A program made the translations under genes and the position numbers. A stretch of 64,000 nucleotides of DNA from Candidatus Omnitrophota bacterium (GTDB lineage Bacteria > Omnitrophota > Gorgyraeia > Gygaellales > JBFMHM01): contig JBFMHM010000002.1 of NCBI GenBank assembly GCA_040753015.1, positions 102,111-166,110 on the forward strand. The letters are read 5' to 3'. Below, one piece after another: positions 9,435-20,193 of this stretch. Each line of letters starts with the position of its first letter. The first letter of the stretch is position 1. Under the pieces are notes generated by a model. That model saw only the letters and a list, made by a program, of their open reading frames with translations. It searched no databases and had not been told where the DNA came from.

Positions 9435-10973
9435 TTATATTTTTGCCGATAAACCAATTTTAGCTTCTTCAATATCGACTTTTATTATCTTCGCCTCTAA
9501 CTTATCGCCAACCTTAAGGTTCTGTAGCGCTTCTTTATCGATTTCGTTTGAATAAATTAACCCTTCAATATCTTCCTCTAGCTTAGCAAAAACACCAAAT
9601 TCAGTAATACTTACAACGGTAACTTCTATAATTTTACCTACAGGATAAGCCTCAGATATTTGCGGCCATGGATTAGCAAGTAGCTGTTTTAACCCTAAAG
9701 AAATCTTCCTATTTTTCCCATCAACAGAAATAACCATTGCTTCAATCTTTTGCCCTTTTTTAAGAATATCTTGTGGCCGGGCGATTCTCTTTGTCCAAGA
9801 AAGATCACTAACATGAATCATGCCTTCAAGATTACCTTCAAGCTCTATAAAAGCTCCGTAATCTGTAAAACCTCTCACCACTCCCGTTACTCTTGAGTTA
9901 ACTGGAAATCTTTCTTCTGCTTCAAGCCAGGGATTTACCTCAAGCTGCTTTATACTTAATGATATACGGCGGCTATCGCGGTCAATATTTAAAACTTGCA
10001 CTTCAATAATGTCGCCGATTGCAAAAGTATCGCTAAGATTAGTAATTTTTTTTGACCAAGAAATTTCAGAAATATGCACTAAACCCTCGATTCCTTTTTC
10101 AAGCTCAACAAATATTCCATAAGGCAGTATATTAACTACCTTGCCTTTTGTTTTTGAACCAGAAGGATATTTATTTTCGATATTTTCCCAGGGATCAGGC
10201 AACCTCTGTTTTAACCCTAAAGAAACTTTTTCATTATCTTTATCGATTGATAGTATAGTTAACTCTATTTGATCATCTATCGCAACCACTTCGGATGGAT
10301 GATTAACTTTAGACCATGACATATCAGTTATATGCAAAAGCCCATCAACACCACCTAGGTCGATAAATGCACCAAAATCAGTAATTGCTTTAACCTTACC
10401 TTTCACTACCTGCCCTGCTTCAAGCTTAGACCAAAGCTCTCCCTTTGCAGCCTTTACTTCGCGTGCTTGAGCTTCCTTTCGCGACAAAATAAGGCTTTTT
10501 CTAAGATTATTCATTTTAGTAATCTTGAATTTAAAAACCTTATTAATAGTCTCGCGATCAGACATATTCTTAAAGGTTGATAATGATGCCGGTAAAAATC
10601 CAACCACCCCCCAAACATCAACCATATATCCACCCTTAACTTTTCTTATTACCTTACCATCAACCATTTCGTCATTTTTTTGACAATCTACAATAGTTTG
10701 CCAGCCTTTTAATTTCTTTGCCTTCTCATAGGAAAGAACTATCATCCCCTCTTCATTTTCTGTAGCCTCAACCAAAACTTCGATTTCACGGTCTATCTCA
10801 AGCTCTTCCTTGGAAAACTCGATAATCGGAATTATGCCTTCTGACTTATATCCAACATCAATAAATACCTCATTTTTACCTATAGAAACGATTTTACCTT
10901 TAACAATCTGCCCTTCCTTAACTTCTTTAAAACTCATCGAATATAGATCTTTTAACTCTTGTGATGTTTCCAT
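9435..10973 (-). CDS. rpsA: 30S ribosomal protein S1
   Basis: It contains repeated S1 RNA-binding domains (..GKV..I..FGAFIDLGG.DGLLHI..). Confidence 0.9.
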   Translation of the reverse strand: METSQELKDLYSMSFKEVKEGQIVKGKIVSIGKNEVFIDVGYKSEGIIPIIEFSKEELEIDREIEVLVEATENEEGMIVLSYEKAKKLKGWQTIVDCQKNDEMVDGKVIRKVKGGYMVDVWGVVGFLPASLSTFKNMSDRETINKVFKFKITKMNNLRKSLILSRKEAQAREVKAAKGELWSKLEAGQVVKGKVKAITDFGAFIDLGGVDGLLHITDMSWSKVNHPSEVVAIDDQIELTILSIDKDNEKVSLGLKQRLPDPWENIENKYPSGSKTKGKVVNILPYGIFVELEKGIEGLVHISEISWSKKITNLSDTFAIGDIIEVQVLNIDRDSRRISLSIKQLEVNPWLEAEERFPVNSRVTGVVRGFTDYGAFIELEGNLEGMIHVSDLSWTKRIARPQDILKKGQKIEAMVISVDGKNRKISLGLKQLLANPWPQISEAYPVGKIIEVTVVSITEFGVFAKLEEDIEGLIYSNEIDKEALQNLKVGDKLEAKIIKVDIEEAKIGLSAKI

Positions 10974-10995
10974 TATATAACCACCCTTATTTTTA

Positions 10996-11865
10996 TTATT
11001 TACTTTTTAAATAGTTTAACAATTCACTAACTAAAAAACTCGGTGTAGATGCACCGGTTGCAATTCCTGCAGTCTTAATTCTGCTTATTACATTGCCTTT
11101 ATTTCTTAATTCGCTAATTTTTTCAATATGAAAAGTTTTTACTCTCGTCTGTTGGCATAACTCATTCAGGCGCTTTGTATTAGCACTATTTTTCCCGCCG
11201 ATAATAAACATAGCATCAACCTCCTTTGATAACTCGATAACTTCTTTTTGCCTGGAGATTGCGTCAGCACAAATAGTATTAAATACTCTCACCTCCTTAA
11301 TAAACGAATTCTCCCAAAGAAAATGATAAATAAAACTAAAGTATTTATCTTTTGCCTGTGTAGTTTGGGAAATTATGCCAAAAACTAGTTTATTATTATC
11401 CTTTAATTTAATAAATTTGTCAAGTAAAAGATGCGTTGAAGGACTAACGATAAATGCCTGAGGTATACGGCTCTTAATTGCTCTTATTTCCGGATGCTTT
11501 TTATCACCATAAATTATTATTTGATAATTTTGTTTTTTTAATGATTCGGCTATTCTATAAACTTTACTAACATAAGGACAAGTTGTATCAACTATTTTTA
11601 TTTTTTTTCTTGCTAATTCCTTAATTATATTTTCCGGGACCCCGTGAGAAGGTAAAATTAATATAGCATTGTCTTTAATTTTGCTTATATCATTAATTAC
11701 TATAAGACCCAAACCCATTAATTCTTCAATAACACCCTTATTATGGATAATTTGGCCAAGCGAATAAACCGGTGATTTTGACTTAGCTAAAACATTCTTA
11801 GTTAAATCGAGTGCACGTCTTACACCTTGACAAAACCCGATAGTTTTTGCAATTTTAACTCTCAT
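10996..11865 (-). CDS. ispH: 4-hydroxy-3-methylbut-2-enyl diphosphate reductase
   Basis: The N-terminus is MRVKIAKTIGFCQGVRRA, with conserved Cys residues and the HG/SQTT motifs. It shows the classical linkage with rpsA. Confidence 0.9.
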   Translation of the reverse strand: MRVKIAKTIGFCQGVRRALDLTKNVLAKSKSPVYSLGQIIHNKGVIEELMGLGLIVINDISKIKDNAILILPSHGVPENIIKELARKKIKIVDTTCPYVSKVYRIAESLKKQNYQIIIYGDKKHPEIRAIKSRIPQAFIVSPSTHLLLDKFIKLKDNNKLVFGIISQTTQAKDKYFSFIYHFLWENSFIKEVRVFNTICADAISRQKEVIELSKEVDAMFIIGGKNSANTKRLNELCQQTRVKTFHIEKISELRNKGNVISRIKTAGIATGASTPSFLVSELLNYLKSK

Positions 11866-12443
11866 CCTTTTAAATTATTAATAGATTCCATAATTTTATT
11901 TAATACATATTCTCGCGATAATTCATTTTGATAATATATCGGCCTGCCAAACTTTACAGAAACATCACAAAAATTAATCCTACTAGCATGCTTAGGCCAG
12001 GCATAAGAAGCCCCACTAACATACGCAGGAACAACTGGCACGTTGGCGCTTTCAGCAAGTAATGCAACCCCTGCCTTTATACCTCTTACTTCTTCACTGT
12101 CGCGGCTACCCTGAGGAAACATTACCATAGCATGCCCATTTTTCAAAAATTTAATTGCTTTTTTTATTGCAGAAAAATCGTTAAATCCGCGCTTAATTGG
12201 AAAAACCCCTAGTTGTTTTAGAAATAAAGCAAACAAAGGATTTATAAAAAGCGTATCCCTCGCCATAAACTTCAATTTTATCGGAACGCTTACCCCAAGG
12301 ATTATTGGATCTAAGAAACTCGTATGATTGCTTGCAACAATGTAACCTGTTTTTCGAGGAAGGTTTTCTTGGCCTGATGTTTTTAAATTAAAAAATAATC
12401 TGAGCAATACGAATGAAATAAACCTGCTAATAGTATAAATCAT
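11862..12443 (-). CDS. plsC: 1-acyl-sn-glycerol-3-phosphate acyltransferase
   Basis: The HX4D motif is present (SNHTSFLDP), with a short N-terminal TM segment. Confidence 0.75.
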   Translation of the reverse strand: MIYTISRFISFVLLRLFFNLKTSGQENLPRKTGYIVASNHTSFLDPIILGVSVPIKLKFMARDTLFINPLFALFLKQLGVFPIKRGFNDFSAIKKAIKFLKNGHAMVMFPQGSRDSEEVRGIKAGVALLAESANVPVVPAYVSGASYAWPKHASRINFCDVSVKFGRPIYYQNELSREYVLNKIMESINNLKG

Positions 12444-12448
12444 ATGCC

Positions 12449-13837
12449 TTACTTACTAAATACTAGCTCTCTGCCAAAATTGAGTAATTCCTTTGCTCTT
12501 TTTTGCGTGGTCGCTTCGGAGTAAATTCTCATTATCGGTTCAGTCCCTGATGCGCGCATCATAAGCCAGCTTTGATCAGAACATGTAAGTCGAACCCCAT
12601 CTGAATCCTTAACATCGATAACATCTTTACCAAGTAAATTTTTATAATTTTTGAAATCGTTTATATTAAACTTAACGCCATCAATATTAAAATGATCTTT
12701 TAGATAATAAAATCTACCGTATTTCTGTTCCATGTCATTAATTAATCGCTTGAGCGTCTTGTTTCTAAACGCCATCATCTCAAGTAAGAGTAAAATTGCA
12801 AGACTACCGTCGCGCTCTGGAATATAATTTTTAAAACCCATGCCGCCCGCCTCTTCGCCTCCAACAACAACGTCTTCTCTCTCCATTAAATCAGAAATAT
12901 ATTTAAAACCAACTGGTGTTTCATATAATTTAACATTAAACCCTTTTGCAATATTATCCATCATTGTAGTACCAACAATGGTTTTTACAATTCCCCCGGA
13001 TAATTTACGATCTTCATTTAAGTGCAAAGCAAGTAAACCCAAAATCTTTTGAGGACTAATAAATTCGCCATCTTCAGTTACCGCCGCAAGCCTATCTGCA
13101 TCACCATCTAAAACAAAACCAGCACTAAACTTATCTTTCTTAACTCTCTTTAATAACTCCTGCACATATTCAGCAACAGGTTCGGGCCTCATGCCGCCAA
13201 AGGACGGATTAATATCATCATGCATAAAATCAATTTCTATATGACTATTTTTTAACACATCCTTTAAAAATGTATTCCCGCTCCCATGCATAACATCTAC
13301 AAGAATCCTAAATTTTGCTCTTTTTATAATTTTCAAATTAATATATAAAGATAGTGCCTTGATGTAATCTTTAGTAATATTTTTTATAACAATGTCTTTT
13401 TTATCCATTAATATAATATCTTTTTGATTTATTGTCGGAATAATTTTTTCAACTTCTTGAGTAATGCTAGCTCCAGCGGCTCCGCCGGTTGAGGTTTTGA
13501 TTTTTATTCCATTAAACTCAGCTGGGTTATGGCTTGCTGTGATCATAACCCCTAGATTGCATTTATTATCTTTAACCGCCAAACTTAAAGCTGGCGTTGG
13601 AACTGATTGATCCGACAGAAACACTAATATATCATTAGCTGCGATAACCTGTGCTGTTATAGAAGCAAACTTATCCGATAAGAAACGATTATCAAAACCT
13701 ACTGCCATCTTAATATTTTTGCCGAATGTTCTTTTTGCATAAATTGCAATGGCTTGAGCCACTAACTTCACATTTTCAAATGTAAATTCATCAGCAATCA
13801 CTGCACGCCATCCGTCTGTACCAAATTTAATCATCAA
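12449..13837 (-). CDS. phosphomannomutase/phosphoglucomutase (alpha-D-phosphohexomutase family)
   Basis: It begins with FGTDGWRA, has the active-site Ser loop (GVMITASHNP) and a metal loop (DGDADR). Confidence 0.8.
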   Translation of the reverse strand: MMIKFGTDGWRAVIADEFTFENVKLVAQAIAIYAKRTFGKNIKMAVGFDNRFLSDKFASITAQVIAANDILVFLSDQSVPTPALSLAVKDNKCNLGVMITASHNPAEFNGIKIKTSTGGAAGASITQEVEKIIPTINQKDIILMDKKDIVIKNITKDYIKALSLYINLKIIKRAKFRILVDVMHGSGNTFLKDVLKNSHIEIDFMHDDINPSFGGMRPEPVAEYVQELLKRVKKDKFSAGFVLDGDADRLAAVTEDGEFISPQKILGLLALHLNEDRKLSGGIVKTIVGTTMMDNIAKGFNVKLYETPVGFKYISDLMEREDVVVGGEEAGGMGFKNYIPERDGSLAILLLLEMMAFRNKTLKRLINDMEQKYGRFYYLKDHFNIDGVKFNINDFKNYKNLLGKDVIDVKDSDGVRLTCSDQSWLMMRASGTEPIMRIYSEATTQKRAKELLNFGRELVFSK

Positions 13838-14484
13838 ATTGTCCTCCTTAAAACTTCAATAGCCGCCTTTGGATCTTTTGATCTAAAAATATAACTGCCG
13901 GACGCAAGAATATTCGCACCAGCATCTACCGCCATAGGCGCTGTTTTATCATCTATACCTCCATCAACAACTATATTACCTTTATAAATTTTACGTAAGT
14001 CCTTAATTTTCTCTAAACATCCGTCTATAAATTTCTGCCCGCCAAAACCAGGATTAACAGTCATAATCAAAACATAGTCGCACAAGCATAAAACAGGAAT
14101 AATTTTAATTAAAGGCGTGGGCGGATTAAGCGAAATACCAACAAGAATTCCTTGCTTCTTAAGATTAACTGCTGTTTTCTTAAAATCTAATGGCGTGATT
14201 GTTTCAATATGCAATGTAATCATTGAACATCCACTCTTAATAAATTCATCGATAAACTTTAACGGATTTTCAATCATCAAATGTGCTTCTAATGGTAATT
14301 TTGTAATCTTACGAATATCACGCACAATAGGCATACCATAAGTAATGTTCGGAACAAAATGCCCATCCATAATATCAAGGTGTAAAAAATCTACTCCCAG
14401 AGCTTCAACCATTTTTATCTCGGCACCTAAATTACAAAAATCTACTGCTAATATTGACGGTGCAATTTTAATTCTCTTTTGCAT
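13834..14484 (-). CDS. rpe: ribulose-phosphate 3-epimerase
   Basis: Conserved motifs are PSILAVDF, HLDIMDGHFVPN and MTVNPGFGGQKF. Confidence 0.9.
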   Translation of the reverse strand: MQKRIKIAPSILAVDFCNLGAEIKMVEALGVDFLHLDIMDGHFVPNITYGMPIVRDIRKITKLPLEAHLMIENPLKFIDEFIKSGCSMITLHIETITPLDFKKTAVNLKKQGILVGISLNPPTPLIKIIPVLCLCDYVLIMTVNPGFGGQKFIDGCLEKIKDLRKIYKGNIVVDGGIDDKTAPMAVDAGANILASGSYIFRSKDPKAAIEVLRRTI

Positions 14485-15043
14485 AGAGCCTTTTTTTTAT
14501 TATAAAATTTCTGACTTTATCTGGGACTAAATACCTTATCGAAAGATTGCTCTTTAAACGCTCCCTAATCTCAAAAGCTGATATATCTAGACCATTAATA
14601 TATACCTGGATTATACGTTTATCAATATCTTTAAAATCATATCCTGGGCGCGCCGCCATCACGAATTTTGCTATTTTATAAATTTCATCGATATCTCTCC
14701 AATCATTCAAATATGCAACGGCGTCGGATCCGACTATAAAAAATAATTCGTCCTGCTGATATTTTTGCCTAAAATATTTTACTGTATCAATAGAATAAGA
14801 AATGCCGCCTCTTTTTATCTCTAAATCACTAACTAAAAAACTATTATTCCCGGAAATTGCCCATTTTACCATTTTAAACCGCATGCTCGAAGGTAAAAAA
14901 TTTTTATCTTGTTTATGCGGCGTAATATTTGCCGGAATAAATATTACTCGATCTAAAGAAAGCTTGCCTTTTATTTCCTCGGCAAGTATTAAATGACCTA
15001 AGTGGATAGGATCAAACGATCCGCCTAATAAACCTATTTTCAT
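14468..15043 (-). CDS. nadD: nicotinate-nucleotide adenylyltransferase
   Basis: The N-terminus is GLLGGSFDPIHLGHL. Confidence 0.85.
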   Translation of the reverse strand: MKIGLLGGSFDPIHLGHLILAEEIKGKLSLDRVIFIPANITPHKQDKNFLPSSMRFKMVKWAISGNNSFLVSDLEIKRGGISYSIDTVKYFRQKYQQDELFFIVGSDAVAYLNDWRDIDEIYKIAKFVMAARPGYDFKDIDKRIIQVYINGLDISAFEIRERLKSNLSIRYLVPDKVRNFIIKKRLYAKEN

Positions 15044-16299
15044 TCCCTAATTTGCCCTCTGCCAAGAATTTCATATTTATAGGTCGTAAGCTCCTCTAGC
15101 GCCATCGGCCCTCTAGCATGAATTTTGTCAGTAGAAATACCGATCTCTCCGCCCATTCCAAACTGGAAACCATCAGTAAATCTTGTTGAAGCATTTTGAT
15201 ATACACAGGCTGAATCTACTAATTTTAAAAACCTTAAAGCATTGCTCTTTTTTTCTGTAATTATACTGTCCGAATGACGTGAACCATAATAATTGATGTG
15301 AGTAATTGCATCCTCTAAAGAATTCACAACTTTTATCGCTAGAATTAAATCCAAATATTCTTCATACCAATCTGCTTCCCTAGCATTATTAATATCTTTT
15401 ACGATTCTTTTTGTAATAGGGCACCCTCTAACTTCAACATTAAAACTTTTTAACTCTTTTATTAATTTAGGCAGAAAATTCTTGGCAATATCACGATGTA
15501 CTAATACTTTTTCTACCGCATTACAAACTCCCGGCCTCTGCACTTTAGCATTAATTATAATTTTTAAAGCCATTTCTAAATTCGCCATATTATCAACAAA
15601 AATGTGGCATACACCTTTGTAATGCTTAATCACGGGAATTTTAGATTTTTCAGTCACAAGCCTAATTAAACTCTCCCCGCCCCTAGGCATCACTAAATCA
15701 ATGTAATTATCCAATTTTAATAATACATTTATCACATTCCTTTCGACAAAAGGAACTAAATTAATACAATCAGGGTTAATTTTATTTTTAATTAAAACCT
15801 CTCTTAAAATTTTATAAATTGCCCTATTAGAATTTATTGCCTCGCTACCACCGCGTAAAATTACAGCATTAGAACTTTTAAAACATAAACCTATACAATC
15901 AGAGGTTACATTTGGACGAGATTCATAAATTACCACGATAACACCAATTGGTACACGTACTTTATTAATAATCAGCCCATTCGGCCGCCGAGTTTTTGAT
16001 ATTATTTTACCAATAGGATCCGGCAACATTGAAATGGCAATAAGAGATGCCGCCATTTCTTTAATACGTTTATCACTTAAAGTTAATCTATCTATTAAAG
16101 CTCCCGGAAAATTTTTATTTTTTGCGAAATCTATATCTTTATGGTTTTCTTTCAAAATGAAATCTCTATTTTTTAAAAGAGACTCTGCCATTTCTCTCAA
16201 AACTTTATTTTTTATCTTAGTATCAATATCTAATAAACTAAAGCAAGCTGCTTTTGTTCTTTTAGCAATATCTATAATTTGTTTCTTTAAATTCACCAT
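15040..16299 (-). CDS. proA: gamma-glutamyl phosphate reductase
   Basis: It has the aldehyde-dehydrogenase fold, the ProA catalytic Cys region (SACVYQNASTRFTDG) and proB-proA linkage. Confidence 0.9.
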   Translation of the reverse strand: MVNLKKQIIDIAKRTKAACFSLLDIDTKIKNKVLREMAESLLKNRDFILKENHKDIDFAKNKNFPGALIDRLTLSDKRIKEMAASLIAISMLPDPIGKIISKTRRPNGLIINKVRVPIGVIVVIYESRPNVTSDCIGLCFKSSNAVILRGGSEAINSNRAIYKILREVLIKNKINPDCINLVPFVERNVINVLLKLDNYIDLVMPRGGESLIRLVTEKSKIPVIKHYKGVCHIFVDNMANLEMALKIIINAKVQRPGVCNAVEKVLVHRDIAKNFLPKLIKELKSFNVEVRGCPITKRIVKDINNAREADWYEEYLDLILAIKVVNSLEDAITHINYYGSRHSDSIITEKKSNALRFLKLVDSACVYQNASTRFTDGFQFGMGGEIGISTDKIHARGPMALEELTTYKYEILGRGQIRE

Positions 16300-16302
16300 A
16301 TT

Positions 16303-17127
16303 TTAGAAATGTTTTGCTTTGATCTGCGTTAATAATTCGCTATCAATAGTTACACGCGTATTCTTAGGTATAAAAATTGTACCGACAGCATAATGATTAA
16401 TTATTTTTGACAAAACATTTTTTGTTTTGCCGTTTGCAATTACTAGAGGAATACCGCTTGCGCCGGCAATCTTTGCCGCGGTAATCTTTGAAGACATACC
16501 ACCTACACAATGCTCTTTATCTGTACCACAAGCGAATCGCTCGATATCAGGCGTGATTTTTTTAACTATTCTTAGGCATTTTTTACCTTTATATAACCCA
16601 TCTACGTCTGATAAAATTATTAAAAGATCTGCATCTACTAAACCACTTACAAGACTAGATAATTTATCATTATCGCCAAATTTAATTTCTTCAACAGAAA
16701 CGGCATCATTTTCATTAACAACTGGAATTACTTTTAATCTTAAAGAATCCAATAATGTATTTCTTGCATTAATAAAACGTTTTTTTTGGCTAAAATCATC
16801 CCATGTAAGAAGTATTTGAGAACAAGCTATTCCTCTTGGTTTTAAAAATTTGTTAAAAGCATCCATTAGGTGCACCTGGCCGATTGATGCTGCAGTCTGT
16901 AAAACAGATAGTTTTTTAGGGCGGGTTTTGAGTTTTAGAACATTCATACCGAAGGCAATTGCACCGGATGAAACAATAACAATCTCTTTGCCTTGGCTAA
17001 TCAAATCTAAAATATCATCTAAGATAGCCGATAAATAAGAGTAGTTTATTTTCCCTGAAGATAAAGAAAATATGCTTGAGCCAAGTTTAACTACTATACG
17101 ACTATATTTTCTTTTTAATTGTTTCAA
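16303..17127 (-). CDS. proB: glutamate 5-kinase (no PUA domain)
   Basis: The N-terminus is RIVVKLGSS and the amino-acid-kinase fold is present. At 274 aa it lacks the C-terminal PUA domain. Confidence 0.9.
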   Translation of the reverse strand: MKQLKRKYSRIVVKLGSSIFSLSSGKINYSYLSAILDDILDLISQGKEIVIVSSGAIAFGMNVLKLKTRPKKLSVLQTAASIGQVHLMDAFNKFLKPRGIACSQILLTWDDFSQKKRFINARNTLLDSLRLKVIPVVNENDAVSVEEIKFGDNDKLSSLVSGLVDADLLIILSDVDGLYKGKKCLRIVKKITPDIERFACGTDKEHCVGGMSSKITAAKIAGASGIPLVIANGKTKNVLSKIINHYAVGTIFIPKNTRVTIDSELLTQIKAKHF

Positions 17128-18055
17128 CCAACTCCTCCAGACCTATGCCCTTTAAAGCTGAAATAACACAAACCTCTTTAATTTTTAGACTGTTAAATTT
17201 TTTTAGATTTTCCTGCGCGCCTTCTACATCTATTTTATTTAAAACAACAATCTGTTTTTTTCTAGAAAGCAATTGGCTATAATTACTTAATTCGGTATTT
17301 AAATCTCTGTAATCAGAAACTGGATCACGGCCATTCAAAGGGTCTAAATCAATCAAATGAATTAATATTGAAGTTCTCTCAATATGCCTTAAAAACCTGT
17401 CTCCTAACCCCTTACCTAAATGAGACCCTTTGATTAAACCAGGAATATCTGCAACGATTATTCTTAAGTCATCGTTATTAATAACACCCAGTATTGGCTC
17501 TTTAGTTGTAAAAGGATAATTACCTATTCTTGATTTTGCATTAGTTAGTTTATTAATAAGGGTAGATTTACCGGCGTTAGGAAAACCTATAATGCCCACT
17601 TGGGCAATCAATTTTAATTCTAGCAGCAAGTTCTTTTCTTCTCCTGCTAAACCATTAGTTGCTTCATGCTTATGCTGATTTCCCCTCCCCCCTTGTCCGC
17701 CTTTAGCAATAACAATCTCAATACCGTATTCATTAAGATCTCTTATAATGCAATCTGAATCTAAATCCCGCACAATAGTTCCTAGCGGAACTTTAATAAC
17801 TAAATTTGGAGCGTCTTTGCCTTTTTTATTTTTTCCTGACCCATGCTTGCCAGATTCTGCCTTAAAATATTTATTAAACTTAAAATCATAAAGGGTAAGA
17901 ATATTAGGATCTGTCTTTAAAATTATATCGCCGCCGTTGCCACCATCACCTCCGTCTGGCTTAGAATAACGTGTATATTTATCGCTATAGAAACTATTAA
18001 CACCGTTACCGCCTAAGCCGGCTCTTACAAAGATCTTGGCTTCATCAATAAACAC
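17102..18055 (-). CDS. obg: GTPase Obg
   Basis: It has the Gly-rich Obg fold (GGDGGNGGD) and the G-domain motifs (GFPNAGKST, DIPGLI). Confidence 0.9.
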   Translation of the reverse strand: MFIDEAKIFVRAGLGGNGVNSFYSDKYTRYSKPDGGDGGNGGDIILKTDPNILTLYDFKFNKYFKAESGKHGSGKNKKGKDAPNLVIKVPLGTIVRDLDSDCIIRDLNEYGIEIVIAKGGQGGRGNQHKHEATNGLAGEEKNLLLELKLIAQVGIIGFPNAGKSTLINKLTNAKSRIGNYPFTTKEPILGVINNDDLRIIVADIPGLIKGSHLGKGLGDRFLRHIERTSILIHLIDLDPLNGRDPVSDYRDLNTELSNYSQLLSRKKQIVVLNKIDVEGAQENLKKFNSLKIKEVCVISALKGIGLEELVETIKKKI

Positions 18056-18069
18056 AAAGCACCTTATAA

Positions 18070-18384
18070 CTATTTATTGATTATTTCTTTAATCAAAAGG
18101 CGTGTTAAATTCTGCCGATGGCCGCGTTTCGTAGATGAACTTTTCCGACGCCTAAATTTAAAAGCAATTACTTTTTTAGCTCTAAAGTCTCCCTTTACTT
18201 CTGCCTTTATTTTAGCATCCTTTATATAAGGCTTGCCAATCTTTATATCATCCTTATCGGCGATTAAAAGAACTTTATTTAGTTCTACAGATTTTGCTTT
18301 TCCCTGCCCAATAAGCTCAACATTGATAATATCGCCTTCTTTTATAGTATATTGCTTTGCCCCAACTTCAACTATTGCATACAT
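18070..18384 (-). CDS. rplU: 50S ribosomal protein L21
   Basis: The N-terminus is MYAIVEVGAKQY. GGAGG lies 7 nt upstream of the ATG. No rpmA follows in this window. Confidence 0.9.
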   Translation of the reverse strand: MYAIVEVGAKQYTIKEGDIINVELIGQGKAKSVELNKVLLIADKDDIKIGKPYIKDAKIKAEVKGDFRAKKVIAFKFRRRKSSSTKRGHRQNLTRLLIKEIINK

Positions 18385-18460
18385 TTATAACCTCCAAAGT
18401 TAATGAATTATTATGCTAGCTGTCAATAAAAAATTATAATATCATGAGTGAGTTAAACCG

Positions 18461-19909
18461 TCAAGTTATCTTTACTTGATCAAGCGAGAGACTAATATCT
18501 GAGGATATGAATATTTTTTTGCGGTATTTTCTTTCAATATTCGCCAAATAGGCTCTATTTTCTTTAAAGAATACCTCTGATACTTGAGGATTTAAACTAA
18601 TAAAAACATCTCTTTTGGCAATATCTTTTATCTGTTTCTTTAAAGACTGAATTGCACTTACGCAAATACTAACTATTGATTTTATCTTGCCGCTGCCTTG
18701 ACAATGTGGACAATCTTGAAAAAATAGGCTTTCGGGCGTTCTGTGAACGCGCTCCCTCGTCATTTGCACTAATCCAAACTTCGATATCTCTAGAATATCG
18801 GTTTTTGCCCTATCTTCCCTAAATACTTGTTTTAATTTTTTTAATATATCCTGCCTATGAAAAAATTTTTCCATATCAATAAAATCAATTACTATAATAC
18901 CGCCTAGATCCCTTAATTTTATCTGCCTTACGATCTCTGGCACCGCTTCGAGATTAACAGAATAAGCCATATTCTCCTGATTAAGCTTCTTCTTAAATTT
19001 ACCACTATTAACATCTATAACTGCAAGCCCCTCTGTCTGTTCAATAACTAAATATGCGCCACTTTTAAGATATACTTTTTTTTCATAAATTTTCGGGATT
19101 TCGCATTCTAAGTTTTTATAATTAAATAACGGCAAATCCTTATTATAAAATTCGATTCTTCTGATTGCTTCTCTAAAAAAAGATTTCATAAAATTAACAA
19201 CTCTTTTAAACTCTTCCCTAGAATCAATAAGAAGCCTCGTTACATCATCAGAAAAACAATCTCTTATTATACGTAAAATTAAATCATATTCTTCATAGAT
19301 AAGCATCGGCGCTCGAGATCGTTTTGCAAGCCGCTCAATCCTTGACCATAATTTGATTAAGAAACGGAAATCTCTGATTAAATCTTTTTTAGTTGCGCCA
19401 TATGCAGCTGTTCTAATTATAAAACCTTTATCCTTCGGTAAATGCAGCTCATGCAATAAACCAAGCAAGCGCTTTCTCTCGATGGAATCGTCGATCCTTC
19501 TTGAAATTCCTGAGGTAGTGTCTTGCGGCATGATAACTAAATTCCTTGCAGCAATACTAATATTAGTAGTTAAACGGGGCCCTTTTGTACCATAGGGTTC
19601 TTTGGTAACTTGAACTAATATTTCCTGTCCAACCTTAAATTCTAGGGGCTTTCTTTCCTTAACCGGCTCAAGTGATTCTAAATCTAAAGGCGCTTCTGAT
19701 AAATATAAAAAACCATTTTTAATAAGACCTATATTTACAAAGGCAGCGCCTATTTCTGGATGCACAGACTCAACCTTACCCTTATATATATTTCCTACTA
19801 TTGTTTTATATTGGGGCTGCTCAAGATAAAACTCTTCAAATCTACCGTCTTTGGTCACGGCGACTTGAACTTGCTGTGGTTCAACATTAATTAAAATTTC
19901 TTTAGGCAT
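18461..19909 (-). CDS. rng: ribonuclease G/E-family endoribonuclease
   Basis: An N-terminal S1 domain (IYKGKVESVHPEIGAAFVNIG) is followed by the RNase E/G catalytic core. Confidence 0.85.
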   Translation of the reverse strand: MPKEILINVEPQQVQVAVTKDGRFEEFYLEQPQYKTIVGNIYKGKVESVHPEIGAAFVNIGLIKNGFLYLSEAPLDLESLEPVKERKPLEFKVGQEILVQVTKEPYGTKGPRLTTNISIAARNLVIMPQDTTSGISRRIDDSIERKRLLGLLHELHLPKDKGFIIRTAAYGATKKDLIRDFRFLIKLWSRIERLAKRSRAPMLIYEEYDLILRIIRDCFSDDVTRLLIDSREEFKRVVNFMKSFFREAIRRIEFYNKDLPLFNYKNLECEIPKIYEKKVYLKSGAYLVIEQTEGLAVIDVNSGKFKKKLNQENMAYSVNLEAVPEIVRQIKLRDLGGIIVIDFIDMEKFFHRQDILKKLKQVFREDRAKTDILEISKFGLVQMTRERVHRTPESLFFQDCPHCQGSGKIKSIVSICVSAIQSLKKQIKDIAKRDVFISLNPQVSEVFFKENRAYLANIERKYRKKIFISSDISLSLDQVKIT

Positions 19910-20162
19910 ATTCTAATTTATTTATTTCAATCCCTTCGGGTAACTGCGTTAAGATAGCACGATTAACATGATCAATAGCTATTGAATCTTTTAATTCAAA
20001 GCTCGCTTCTTCATTGAAAAACTCCACACCAAGTTTAAACGCTCTTTTTATGCTGAATTTAGGATGAGGATTGAAACCTTCGCTAAATTTCAAAGGCAGG
20101 CCACTTCTCCTTAAAACACGCAAAAATAAACGCATTAAATCTAAATGCGAAATATATTTCAA
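19902..20162 (-). CDS. DUF2344/TIGR03936-like mini-protein (86 aa)
   Basis: It carries the SHLDLMRLF..RR.GLP...SEGFNPHPK motif. The gene overlaps the rng start by 8 nt. Confidence 0.5.
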   Translation of the reverse strand: MKYISHLDLMRLFLRVLRRSGLPLKFSEGFNPHPKFSIKRAFKLGVEFFNEEASFELKDSIAIDHVNRAILTQLPEGIEINKLEYA

Positions 20163-20193
20163 ATTGTTAAATTTTGAAAAAAATAATCTAATT

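Noticed and set aside
18385-18460. A possible ribosomal-protein leader or sigma70 promoter upstream of rplU (TTGACA ... GGAGG)
   Set aside because: There is a TTGACA -35-like hexamer and a strong RBS, but no convincing -10 at proper spacing and no evident conserved L21-leader structure. The evidence is too weak to annotate.
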